From: Octopus vulgaris
Taxonomy: Eukaryota
Direction: 5' to 3'
DNA length: 64,000 bases
Assembly: GCA_951406725.2 (NCBI GenBank)
Contig: OX597824.1
Coordinates: 64,542,001 to 64,606,000, forward strand
The notes below the pieces were generated by a model. It was not told the DNA's origin. It saw nothing but the letters and a program-made list of their open reading frames with translations, and searched no databases. Below are positions 1 to 12,207 of this stretch, piece by piece. The position numbers were made by a program, and so were the translations under genes. The stretch's first letter is position 1, and each line of letters opens with the position of its first letter.

Positions 1-179
1 ATTACAAAAGCAGCCTAGCGTTCAAAGTAGAAACCATTCTGTTGCATTGTTTGAAGCCACCTTTCTGCCAGTTCTTTGATCCCAATGTTATATCAGTTTT
101 TGTCCTGCAAGGTAAAGAACTCCTTCACTAAACCTTCCACCCCTTCTTGGTTGATGAAGCTGCATGAGCACAGGAAGTG

Positions 180-790
180 AGTGATGGATTGGAACAAGTA
201 ATAATCTAAGGAAGATATTTTTCTGCAGTCCTACTATGCATAAGCAGTGGTTCAACAAGAGCCAGCTTTCAGAACCTGTCATCAAACATGGGCATTTCAA
301 ACACAAGGTGATGCTCTGTGTCTGGTGGAATTATGAGTGTATAATTCACTACAAGTTTATGGTGAAACCATCGATGCCAGCCTGTACTCTGAACAACTGG
401 AGTGGATGTATGCCATTGTACACCTAAAATATCTGGCATTGGTTAACAGAATGTGAACAAAACAATGCAAGACCTCATACCACTCAAATAACCCGGAATA
501 AACTCCAGGAACTTGTGGAAATTGAACTGATGTCACACCCAGCATATAGTCCAGACCTAGCTCCCTCAGATTATTACTTGTTCCAATCTATGGCTCACTT
601 CCTATGCTCACAACACTTCATCAACCAAGAAGAGGTGGGAGCTTCATTGAAGGAGTTCTTCACCTCGAAGAGCAAGGAATGATATCAGCATGGTATTAAA
701 GAACTGGTAGAAATTTGGCTTCAGACAGTGTAAGACAATGGACTCTACTTTGAATGCTTGGCTGCTTTTGTTGTAACTTGACAAATAAAC
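180..790 (+). mobile_element. Degenerate mariner transposase fragment
   Basis: KVMLCVWWN..IIHY and HPAYSPDLAPSDYYLF (536-590) motifs, with frameshifts. Confidence 0.85.
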
Positions 791-1383
791 CAAATATGTT
801 ATCAAAATATTGCAAAATATATACATGTTTGTGTGTGTGTATGTTGGTGTCACCATGTCTTGATATTGCATGATTTTTTGTAAATGAATGTAATTGTTAT
901 ACAAGCTGTGTCACTCATTCCCAATGTCCTATAAAAATATGTCTAGGCATGGGCTGTGCGACAAGAAGGACATCTGGTGAAAGTAAGTCTTCTTCAATAA
1001 ACTTCACCCAACCCTTGCAAGCATGGAAAAGTGGACATTAAAATGACGATGATGATGACAACAATGGCGACCATGACCATTACCACAACGACAATGGTGG
1101 TGGTGGTGGTGGTGAAAAAGAAAATGATACACACTCACCCAAGATGCTGACTTGACCACTAGACCATGTGTTTGCAAAACAATTTAGTTGATCACATGCC
1201 TATGCTAGCACCTACATGTACTTCATTACCATCATAAACTACCAACACCCCCTGTCATTATCATCATCATTGTCTTCATCAGTTGGCATAAGAAAAGAGA
1301 ATTATTATTTTTCTTTTTAAATTAGATAATTCAGAGAAGCCATCCACACTATATATATCTACATAATTTTTACCTTTACTTAG

Positions 1384-1435
1384 TATTTTGTTTCATCATT
1401 ACTTCATCAAGTTCAAAGAAGATTGTGCTGATGAG
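1384..1435 (+). CDS. Penultimate exon of an unidentified plus-strand gene
   Basis: ttacttag|(x)ILFHHYFIKFKEDCADE|gtaag; its phase 0 donor joins in frame to the 6780 acceptor. Confidence 0.6.
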
Positions 1436-2057
1436 GTAAGAATAAGGATAAAATATGTTTGGAGTTATCTCTGGAACTTATTGTAAAAAAAGATTAATAC
1501 AGTAGTGTTCATTGATATTATTTATATTTTGTCATTTTTTTCAGTATTTTCTGTATTAGATATGTTAACAGCAACTTACTTGTGTATGTATGGTTTAAGT
1601 ATTCACTTTTCCATTTTAATTTACTTTAAAGGGCAATTCAACAAGTTTTTGAATTCCACATTATGAAGCATAGAGGCAAGCTTGATGAAGTAAGTAATAT
1701 CGTCATCAGTATCATTATTTAACATCCATTTTTCCATGCTTGCTTGGATCAGGCAGAATTTCTAAGGCTGGATGCCCTTCTTGTTGCCAACCCTCACCTC
1801 TTTCCACCTGGTGACTAGACAAGTATTCATCAAAAATTAGAAACAAACAACCCTGCTTCTATGACAGTGATACTTGTTTACAACTATCACATGATGTCAA
1901 GTCAAGGAGACACACACAATATACAATAGGCTTCATATAGTTTCCATCTAATTAATTCATTCACAAACTATTGGTTGATCCAGAGCTGTAGTAGCAGCCT
2001 CTTGCCCAAGATGTGGCACAGTGGCCCTGAATCCAAAATACATACATACATAGATGT

Positions 2058-2089
<32 letters not shown>

Positions 2090-2120
2090 GTATAAAAATG
2101 TGTGTGTATATATATATATA

Positions 2121-2965
2121 CTAGCAGAATTGCCCGGCGTTGCTCGGGGCTGAATTGCTTGAAAGTACTGTTAATGATTGCACTGAATTATGATGATTAT
2201 TCAGGCAAATATTGATATAAGCTTACGGTGGGAGATAAGGACTTAACGATCAAACGTGTGCCATTGCATTGTTTTGAGGGAACCAAATTTCTGATGAGCA
2301 TTATAGGGGCACCAACTTTAAGTTTGAGAAAGTGTGGTGGTAGTCCGGGGTGCTCAAAGGAATTGAGTACCTCTATTGTATAGTTGATGACGTCCTCTGG
2401 GTCAGGAGTTGTATCGATAGACTGATATACATAGACTTCCCCAGGAATGAGTTTTAGCATTTCATCATTAATATGGTGAACAGTTTTATTCCTCGGGGCC
2501 AGTATAGCCTTTTTGCCAATCCAATCCATATTCTGATAATTAGCTTGTAGATCTGGGAACACTGCATCTCTGAGATCAGAAGGCGTCTTAACAATGGTAC
2601 AAATGGAATCGATGGCAATATTAACATTTTCATCTCCTGGTATTTTATCTTCGCCAAGTGCAAGGAGGGTGTGAGGAAATGCTGCTGATGTGATATTACG
2701 TCGCATATGAGCACGCATATTGGTGTGAAGTTTGAGAGTTACTTCCGTTTATTTTTAAAAATATGCATTAAAATGGAAAAAAATGATGGTAAATTATTTG
2801 TAAAATCATCAACTCATCGTAGACGCGCGCTAATACCCAGAAGGGCTCGATATGAATCACGACTATAAGATACCCGGTTTTGGTTAAACTGCATCGCAAA
2901 ATGTGGGAGTAGTTAGGAATCTAAATCGGAGTAGACAGACACACAACCTTTCTTTTATATATAAA
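2121..2965 (-). mobile_element. Non-autonomous Helitron carrying a Pif1-helicase fragment
   Basis: ORF 2197..2718 has KAILAPRN, LKLKVGAPIMLIRNL and CNGTRL; the 3' end is the hairpin CCCGAGCAACGCCGGG followed by CTAG|T at 2121. Confidence 0.85.
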
Positions 2966-3478
2966 CTAGCAGTATCGCCCGGCGTTGCTCGGGTCTGTAA
3001 GGGAAATAACTATATAAGCATTTTTAGAGAGTTACTTCCCTTATAGATGCCAATTCTGGCTTTCGTAGCCATTTCTGTTTTGGTGTCTCCAAGCCATGAA
3101 GTCGTTGTTCTAAAAGAACGCTGGTCTCCTTGACAACGCTTTACGACGTTGATTTCCTTACGCTCCCTTTCCCACAGCTTCACGAGGGAGAGAAGAAGTG
3201 GGAGAAGCAAACAGGTGCAGGTGTGACCATGGACGCCAACTCCGCCGCCATCGACACACAAAAAATTATGCATTAAAATGGAATAAAAAATGATGTTAAA
3301 TTATTTTTAAAATCGTAGACTCATCGTAGATGCGCGCTAATAGCCAGACAGGCTCGATATGAATCACAACTATAAGATACCCGAATTTGGTTAAACTGCA
3401 TCGCAAAATGTGGGAGTAGTTAGGAATCTAAATCGTAGGGGACAGACACTCACACAACTACAGTTTTATATATATAGA
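2966..3478 (-). mobile_element. Second tandem non-autonomous Helitron
   Basis: Same 3' hairpin + CTAG at 2966; 5' end TCTATATATATAAAA at ~3478; shares a ~200-bp block with 2760-2960 and 5010-5210. Confidence 0.75.
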
Positions 3479-3480
3479 TA

Positions 3481-4627
3481 TTTTCGTCCTAAAAAACTTT
3501 GTATGGATTGAATGGTTACCTCTATGGAAATATATACACGCACATTATACATACATGTGTGTATAGATGAATATATAAATACATTTAAATATCTATATAC
3601 ACTTTTGGGCGATCTTTGTGCTACTTAGAGATAACTTTAGATCTTATTTTCGTCCTAAAAAACTTTGTGCGGAGTGAAAGGTTACCTCTATGGAAATATA
3701 TACACACACATTATACATACATCTGTGTATAGATGAATATATAAATACATTTAAATATCTATATACACTTTTGGGCGATCTTTCTGCTACTTGTATATAC
3801 TTTAGATCTTATATTCGTCCTAAAAAACTTTGTATGGAGTGAAAGGTTACCTCTATGGAAATATATACACACACATTATACATACATCTGTGTATAGATG
3901 AATATATAAATACATTTAAATATCTATATACACTTTCGGGCGATCTTTCTGCTACTTGGATATAGGTCTTTTATTCGTCCTAAAAAACTTTGTATGGAGT
4001 GAAAGGTTACCTCTATGGAAATATATACACACACATTATACATACATCTGTGTATAGATGAATATATAAATACATTTAAATATCTATATACACTTTTTGG
4101 GCGATCTTTCTGCTACTTGGATATAGGTCTTATATTCGTCCTAAAAAACTTTGTATGGAGTGAAAGGTTACCTCTATGGAAATATATACACACACATTAT
4201 ACATACATGTATGTATAGATGAATATATAAATACATTTAAATATCTATATACACTTTTGGGCGATCTTTCTGCTACTTGGATTTAGGTCTTATATTCGTC
4301 CTAAAAAACTTTGTATGGAGTGAAAGGTTACCTCTATGGAAATATATACACACACATTATACATACATCTGTGTATAGATGAATATATAAATACATTTAA
4401 ATATCTATATACACTTTTGGGCGATCTTTCTGCTACTTGGATTTAGGTCTTATATTCGTCCTAAAAAACTTTGTATGGAGTGAAAGGTTACCTCTATGGA
4501 AATATATACACACACATTATACATACATCTGTGTATAGATGAATATATACATTTAAATATCTATATACACTTTTGGGCGATCTTTCTGCTACTTAGATAT
4601 AGGTCTTATATTCGTCCTAAAAAACTT
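3481..4627. repeat. ~160-bp minisatellite, 7 copies
   Basis: The anchor cgtcctaaaaaac recurs at 3485, 3651, 3816, 3976, 4137, 4297, 4457 and 4613; the units are near-identical. Confidence 0.95.
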
Positions 4628-4629
4628 AA

Positions 4630-5970
4630 CTGTCACACACTCACGCACATGCACACACACACACACGCACCCTCACACACACACACACACACACACTCAC
4701 ACACACGCACGTTAGCTGACAATTTTATTTATATATTTGCGTGTCTATGTGTGTAAAGAGGAAGTGGGAGGCAGAGTGAAAGAGTCACTCACTACAGAAA
4801 GTGAATTACTTTCATTTTATTCGTTGCACACTGTGTGTGTGCGTTTGCGTGTGGTGTAAACCACACTAAGAGAAGCACAGAGAGTTATAGCCAAAAAATA
4901 GCAAAAAAATGCATTAAAAATTGAAAAAAAATTAAGGTAAATTTTTTTTTTAAATCGTTGACACATCGTAGATATTTTTAGAGAGTTAACTCCCTTATAT
5001 AAAAGCGAAAAAAATGCATTAAAATGGAAAAATATGATGGTAAATTTTTTTTAAATCGTAGACTCATCGTAGACGCGCTAATACCCAGAAGGGCTCGATA
5101 TGAATCACGACTATAAGATACCCGCTTTTGGTTAAACTGCACCGCAAAATGTGGGAGTAGTTACGAATCTAAATCGTAGGAGACAGACACACAACTTCAC
5201 TCTTATATAAAGATGCTTTTTTTTTTCAGTCATAGAGTTAGATTTATGAAGGTCTTCAGTAGAAAATCCTTCGAATTCTGACTCGCTGCTTGATATAATG
5301 AAATTCGTATCCATTTTTTGTCAGAATTACAAATTTTGAAAACACAATAGGAACAAATTTCGGAAAAAAATCTCCCATAATTCACGGAATTAAAATTACA
5401 CTTCGATTTTTGTACAAAACTGTATTTGAAGTGTTTACGAAGTATAATACGTGTTTTCACGAATGTACTAAAGAGATTTACTCTGATATTCTCATTTAAA
5501 TATGAACAGGTAAATTCGGGCGGTTTGGTAACGAAAGGGTTTATATAAGTGTCGTCTGTTTATACATAAACACTGTTTCATACTTTCAGTTTAGTCTTCC
5601 TCAAATCACTCTGTCGCTCACTCACTCTTATCTGTTAGCTTGCCATACATTTTACTCATGTATCTATCAGTGTGATAGACAGAAACAAATATTACATCTA
5701 GTTTCACTTTATTCGTTGCACACTGTGTGTGTGCGTTTGCGTGTGCTGTAAACCAGACTAAGAAAAGCATTTGACATACACACCAGAATGTGAGTTTTCT
5801 GTAAATTTTGCTTAATTGGAGTTTAAATTTTAAAAACTGGACCTGGCATGACCCGATGCATTCTACTCTTAAAAATGCTAGGTAAATTGTAATTGAAGAA
5901 ATCCTATATTGTAGATTTCTATAACTTACAAAGGGAGGCAGATAAAATCTGCCTTTTATAATAAGATATA
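4630..5970 (-). mobile_element. Further Helitron-like non-autonomous fragments
   Basis: Repeat of the 2760-2960 block at 5010-5210; TC-TATA-type 5' ends at ~5213 and ~5965; shared block at 4815-4875 and 5705-5770. Confidence 0.5.
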
Positions 5971-6220
5971 TATATATATACACATAGAGTGTGAGGGATA
6001 TTTGAGGACCCATTTGGTAATTTGATAAAACAAGTCTAATCTAGCAAAAACCAAATATATTTTAATAAAAATTTGTGCACGTGTTCTCCATGAGCTTTGT
6101 TAATAAGATTATTCTATGAATCTGCCTTCTGTTTCATTAGATATTGATAGACAGACATAATCTTTACATCTTAACTAGATCGCTGTGACCTGTAGATATC
6201 AATTATATAAAAATCCATCA

Positions 6221-6713
6221 TTAACCCTTTAGTATTTAAACCGGCCATATCCGGCCAAAATATTTAATCTGTTTTATGTTCAAACTGACCAGATCCAGGC
6301 TCTCACACCTACCCTACAATGTTATTCTACATTAAGTAATTACACCATCAAGATCTTGAAGATATGAGATAATGCATGATTAATTCAAATCAATGTGAAT
6401 CAATAAGCATTATGTTTGATAGAATAATTTGAACACTAAAGAGTTAAATATTACTGTGGAGGTTGGATGGCTATTTCAGCATACTCATTTAACCATTTAG
6501 CATTCAAAGCAGCCATATCTCACCAAAATATTCTGTTTTATCTTCAAATCAGCCTGATCTAGCCTCTCACATGTACCCTACAATGTCATTCTAAAAATAA
6601 ACAATCATCTCATTGAAATCTTACAGCTATAAGATTAGTACATGATAAATTCAATATAATGTAAACAAATAAGCATTACAGTTGACAGAGTAGTCTGAAT
6701 GCTAAAGAGTTAA
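6221..6713. mobile_element. Two tandem TTAA-flanked (piggyBac-type) MITEs
   Basis: TTAACCCTTTAG...CTAAAGAGTTAA (6221-6447) and TTAACCATTTAGCATTC...GAATGCTAAAGAGTTAA (6489-6713), with related internal sequence. Confidence 0.65.
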
Positions 6714-6779
6714 GGTTTAAATGCCGTGTTGATAATGATGTTTTGCTAATTGTAACTCCTTGAAATATTTGTCTTTCAG

Positions 6780-7745
6780 GGGAAAATGAGGAGAATGCTA
6801 ATGAATTTTCTTCAGGATATTGGTATTAAGCCTGAAAGGGATGCTACATTTAATGGAAATACATCTACTTCAAATGAACTGAACAATTTTCCTAGCTATT
6901 CTGGTCTTAATTTATCTGAAAATCTCTCCAAAAGTATATCTTTAATGAATAAATCAGAAGAATGTCATCAGAAAAACTTGGAAAAATTGATGACATCCAT
7001 GTCAGATTTTAATGTTAGCCAAACAGAAGAAAATTTAGTGAAAGAAAATCCTCAGCCCGAAGTATCTCTTGCTAGGAAACAGAGACATCAGTCTTCGTAT
7101 TCCAAACAAAGAAATGATATAAATGTAGTGATTGCAAACCCCATGGATGAAGATACAGAAGTAAACAAGGTCACTCGTGATGAAAAACAAATAGTTAATC
7201 CAGATGGTGATAAGATGAACTTTACAAAAGATTGTGATAACAAACAGAACAATAAACCTGTACCACGACCTCGACGAAAGAACTCCTCACCAAATATATT
7301 GCAAGAATCAGCACATGTGCACATGACATCCATTGTGAAAACTTTAGATCCTGATATATATTGTGAAAAAGCAGCTGGAGATAGTATAGTTTCAAAGGAT
7401 TCATTTCAAGAAAATACAGCACCAGTAGACATTTCTTTGAAACCTGCGGATTATGTTTCAGAAATGAAGACATCAGAACCAGTTAAAACTGCAAACCATT
7501 TGACCATGTCCAATAGTTCAAACATGATGAACTTGGCTTCTGACAAATCTGATGGAAAATCACAATTAGAGCCAAATTCTGTCTATTCAGAATCTTCACC
7601 TAATCATGAACCCACAGCAAACCCCTCCCAAATTAACCAGTCTCCAGATTCACCAGTTAACAACCATTCTGATAATCAAGTTGATGAACAGAATGATTAT
7701 GATGAAGATAACTTTGATAGTGTTGACAGCGATAGTGATTTCTAA
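6780..7745 (+). CDS. Terminal exon of an unidentified gene (S/N/D-rich disordered C-terminus)
   Basis: gtctttcag|GKMRRMLMNFLQDIGIKPE...DSDSDF*; ~320 codons open in AT-rich DNA; AATAAA at ~8144. Confidence 0.8.
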   Translation, partial: GKMRRMLMNFLQDIGIKPERDATFNGNTSTSNELNNFPSYSGLNLSENLSKSISLMNKSEECHQKNLEKLMTSMSDFNVSQTEENLVKENPQPEVSLARKQRHQSSYSKQRNDINVVIANPMDEDTEVNKVTRDEKQIVNPDGDKMNFTKDCDNKQNNKPVPRPRRKNSSPNILQESAHVHMTSIVKTLDPDIYCEKAAGDSIVSKDSFQENTAPVDISLKPADYVSEMKTSEPVKTANHLTMSNSSNMMNLASDKSDGKSQLEPNSVYSESSPNHEPTANPSQINQSPDSPVNNHSDNQVDEQNDYDEDNFDSVDSDSDF

Positions 7746-8299
7746 ACTGTTTAAGATTGTGATACCTGATATACTTTTTTACTGACTCCACTCATTTAAC
7801 TGTGGTCAAGCTGGACAACTGCCTTGGAGGGTAGAGTTGATTATAACAACTTTGTATTTGTACACTGGGTATTTATTTTATTGTCATCAGAATGAGGGAA
7901 AGTAAAATTGACCTGGGTACAATTTGAACACAGAACTTAAATGGACATAATCAAATACCACAAGGTATTTTTCTCTCTAAGTGTGATAATTTTTGTTCTT
8001 TAGTGTACCACTATAGTAATATATTGTATTTTGAGTGTATCGAGAAATTCCCCAATATGTTGGGAAGGGTTGGCAATGTCAAAATTTAAAATTAACTTCT
8101 TGAATGTGATATTATCTGGAATTGTCAGTTACTGTTACCTCATAATAAATAGTGTACTTGTTATTTTCTGTTTTGTTATCCTTGCTACATGCACATACAT
8201 ACATACATGCCACACACACACAAATTCTTGATCAAGATAATATTTAAAAAATAGGTAATAATCTGTTTGTTAGAAATTCAAGCAAATATTATGTTTGTG

Positions 8300-9110
8300 T
8301 GTCATCATCATCATCATCATTTAATGTGCATTTTTCATGCCTGAATGGGTTGGACGGTTTGACAGGAGCTGCCCAGGCTCCAAGTCTATTTTGGCATTAT
8401 TTTTATGGCTGGATGTTCTTCCTAATGCCAACCACTTTACAGAGTGTACTGGGTTCTTTTACACAGCCCTGGCACAGGTGCTTTTATGTGACACATACAT
8501 GGTTGCTTTTTACATAACATCAGCATCCATGAGCCTGCATGATTAGGAACACTCTGCTAAAGAGGGGACATACATGTATGCAAGGACAACCACATATTTA
8601 CTTAGCTTAACATGTCTTCTCAAGTACAGCAAACCACCAGAAGTCTCCGTCTCCTGTCATCACCTCTGTAAGGCTCAATATCTGAAGATCTTTCTCACTA
8701 CTACATTCCACGGATCTACCCCTTCCACGTGTTCTTGCCACAATTAGAGCTCGGCACCTTTGATGCAACTGTCTTCATTTGTATTCATTACATGACCATA
8801 CCACTACAGTTTGCTCTCTTGCACATTACATCTAATGCCTCACATACCCCGTTTTTCTCTCAAATATGTACACTGACACAAGCCTTTGCATGTCCTCAGC
8901 AGTCACAATGTATGTTTCATTGCTATGTAGCATAGCTGTTCGTACACAGGCATCATACAGTCTGTCTTTCATTCTGAGGGAGAGGCTCTTCATTATTAAC
9001 TGTGGTAGTAACTCTCTGAACTTTGCCCAGCCTATTCTTATTCTAGTGATTATGCTTTCAGAACAACTTCCCCCACAATATCCCACCACTTCTGCTTATG
9101 TTATCTTTGA
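8300..9110 (-). mobile_element. RTE-clade LINE 3' fragment
   Basis: RIRIGWAKFRELLP..LSLRMKDRLYDACVRTAMLH; (GAT)n tail. Confidence 0.8.
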
Positions 9111-10671
9111 AGAAATTTGTCCAAGATGGAAGGAGACTGTGGAAGAGGAGGACCAAAGATAACATAAGCAGAATGATAACCTTAGATCAATCAAAGCCTT
9201 TTGAGTGAAGTTTATTACACAGAATCTGTTGGAAGATACCATTCCAGTTGTTGGGTTGTAGATTTAATCCATCATCCAGTTTAATACCACACCCTGGCCT
9301 TTGATTGCCTTTAATGCAATCCATTCAGTTAAAAGTATTCTTTCCATCAAACTTAGAGGACTAGAAAATGCTATGGACATTGTCCTTCCTCATCTGACCA
9401 ACCTATTAAAATAAATTGAAAACACAGAATAATCCATTCCTAAATGTTGATACTGTATCTAATATTTCTCAAGTAATCTCTCTTCTGTTGCTTGATTTCC
9501 AAATATAATTCAAAAATGCTAAGATGTTCTTTAGGTATCTAATGAGGCAATGAGTTTTTATGCTGGTGTAGACAACCTTTGAAGAAGAAAATGGAATTAA
9601 GCAGACAAGAGCACACATGAAGACAGAATGTGTTGCTGAGGAGGTCACAGATGTGTGATGAAAGATTTCCAGACAATGGAATAAGAAAGGTAATAAACAA
9701 GTGAAGAACGAATATATAGTGTGTGTTTATTTAGCAAAAAAAAAAATGGCCATCCCAAAATTCAACAATATCTGTTTCAACAAACAACTTCACATCAGGA
9801 ATCTTGCAACACAAATTCATAAACATGTATATAGATATATATGTACGACAGGCATCTTTCAGTTTCCATCTACCAAATCCACTCACAAGGCTTTGGTCAG
9901 CCCAAGACTACAGTAGAAGATATTTGCCCAAGATGCCATGCAGTGGGATTGTACCTGGGAACAATGTGGTTGGGAAGCAAACTTCTTATCACACAGGTGC
10001 TGCTGTATGGTAAGAAGATTCTTTATGTGAATTTGTATGTTGAAGCATATTTTATTGTGTCTGAGGAGAGTCATTCTCTTTTAATGCCTTATTAATTTAA
10101 CCTACTCACCAGTTTGATTTCCACTTATTTACTTATTTATTTTTACTAGAATATTTCATTGCACCTTGCAACCTTTTCAATAGTCACTGACTCTGACATG
10201 TAAATGAGTGGAAATCAGACTGCTGAGTATGTTAAAATAGTAAGGTACTAAAAGAGACACGATAATATATATATATATATATATATATATACATGAGCAA
10301 AACGCACACACCCCCTTTCCCTCCCTCCCCCCTCCGTCCAGTGCTGAGTTGTCAAACATTTAAACCAAATTTTCTCAAAACAACTTGTCCGACCATCCCA
10401 TAGGCCTCCCCTTTGAAAAATACTGATTTAACCTAAATTTGAGACACCAGCAAAAGAAGAAATAAAGATAGACTTTTTTTCTATTCCAAAGAGAAACGAT
10501 TTCCCACGGCTTTATCGATCGCATTCTCACCTGGAATCAATTTTTAAAATTTTTTCAAGATTTATACACGCCCTGATACCAGTATCTACATATCAAATGT
10601 GAGCGCAATCGGATGGAGGATGCCCGAGATCCTAGAAGACACAGACAGAACGGATGTTATCTAAGAGATAT

Positions 10672-11092
10672 TCTCTTTTACTCTCTTTTACTTATTTCAG
10701 TCATTTGACTGTGGCCATGCTGGAGCACCGCCTTTAGTTGAGCAAATCAACCCCACTACTTATTCTTTGCAAGCCTAGTACTTATTCTATTGGTCTCTTT
10801 TGCCGAACCACTAAGTTACAGGGATGTAAACACACCAGCATCGGTTGTCAAGCGATGTTGGAGGGACAAACACAGACACACAAACATACACACACACACA
10901 CATATATATATGTATATATACATATATACAATGGGCTTCTTTTAGTTTCCGTCTACGAAATCCACTCACAAGGCTTTGGTCGGCCCGAGGCTATAGTAGA
11001 AGACACTTGCTCAAGGTTCCACGCAGTGGGACTGAACCTAGAACCATGTGGTTCATAAGCAAGCAATTTACCACACAGCCACTCCTACACCT
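10672..11092 (-). mobile_element. tRNA-derived SINE family A (octopus-type). Other copies at ~22424-22827(+), 29340-29720(+), 35103-35482(-), 36715-37120(-), 49655-50015(-), 51120-51492(-), 54832-55240(+) and 60130-60580(-)
   Basis: Head AGGAGTGGCTGTGTGG (A box)...GGTTCAGTCCC (B box) and an internal (TA/TG)n; many near-identical copies in the window. Confidence 0.85.
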
Positions 11093-11502
11093 ATATGTAT
11101 ATATATATATATTGTTGGAATTTACAAAAAAAAACAACAAAAGATGAAGACAGGTGTGTAAACAACAAACAGATGTATTAGATTAATGCTCAGGAAGTGA
11201 GAAAGTCTTTTACGTTTCAAGCCGATGCCCTTCAACAGAAAGGAACACAGAAATAAACAGAGAGAGAAAATTAAAAAAAGGTTTAGTGGTTAGCAATCAA
11301 TCATAGCATCAAATCAAATCACTTATTCATATTTTAGAAAACAAACAATTTTAATTAATTTGAAAAGGACTTTATACATAATTACAAATACTTCTTAGAT
11401 GGAAAATTATATAATTAGATTATCATTTTGTGTGATTTAACAAAAATTTGAAAGGTTCTTTTTTCTTTTTTTGTTTGTTTGTTTTTGCCAAATATTTCCC
11501 TT

Positions 11503-12207
11503 TTAGAGAATTATACATATATGTTTTGATTTGCGATGTTTAGGTGTTGCTTTATTATCACAGGGATTTTCATCATTATTTGTGTTTGATGATGAGGAAT
11601 TATTTACATCTTCAGAACTTTTAACATCTTGAACAGGAATACTTTCAGTCTCTGGGATTATTCCTTCATTAAGTTCATTATTCTCATTCTCATTTTCATT
11701 TGGTAAATTTTCTGTGCTAGGCTCATTTCTTGCTTCCTCATTTAAAATATTTTCTGTGTCTTCATCATCTACAGAAATCTTGAGTGCCATGTCATCCATT
11801 GTTGTACTGGAACTCTTGTTGCCTGCCTCAGAGTTTTGGTTTGTCATTCCATTAGAAAATCTTTTTACACAGCACACACTAACTGAACTGTTACAATCCA
11901 ATCCATTATTATCATTTACTTCAGTACTGTCTTCTACTTTTCCATCAAATCCGTTCCTGCTTTCCAAGTTTTCCTCCACCAAGGTTATTTTAATTTGGGT
12001 ATCTTCTTCTTTTACTTGTACATTTTCTTCTTTTTCTTCTTCTTTCCTAATATTAGTTTCTTCTTTTTCATCTTCTTCCCCTTTCTTATTTACTTCTTTC
12101 TCATACTTATTATCTTCTTTTTCATCTTCTCTCTCTTTCTCTTCTTTCTTATTTTCTTCCTCATGAACATCATCATCACTTTTTTCTTTCTGCCATGTTA
12201 TAATACA
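11503..12207 (-). CDS. Terminal exon: E/K/N-rich disordered tail ending in polybasic + CaaX ([16 protein letters not shown])
   Basis: Lies within ORF 11503..12246; polypyrimidine tract + caag acceptor in phase 0 (an alternative in-frame ggcag acceptor lies 18 nt downstream). Confidence 0.8.
   Translation of the reverse strand, partial: CIITWQKEKSDDDVHEEENKKEEKEREDEKEDNKYEKEVNKKGEEDEKEETNIRKEEEKEENVQVKEEDTQIKITLVEENLESRNGFDGKVEDSTEVNDNNGLDCNSSVSVCCVKRFSNGMTNQNSEAGNKSSSTTMDDMALKISVDDEDTENILNEEARNEPSTENLPNENENENNELNEGIIPETESIPVQDVKSSEDVNNSSSSNTNNDENPCDNKATPKHRKSKHICIIL

Noticed and set aside
3481-4627. Regularly spaced repeats resembling a CRISPR array
   Set aside because: Whole ~160-bp units are near-identical with no unique spacers, the context is eukaryotic and there are no cas genes; it is a minisatellite.
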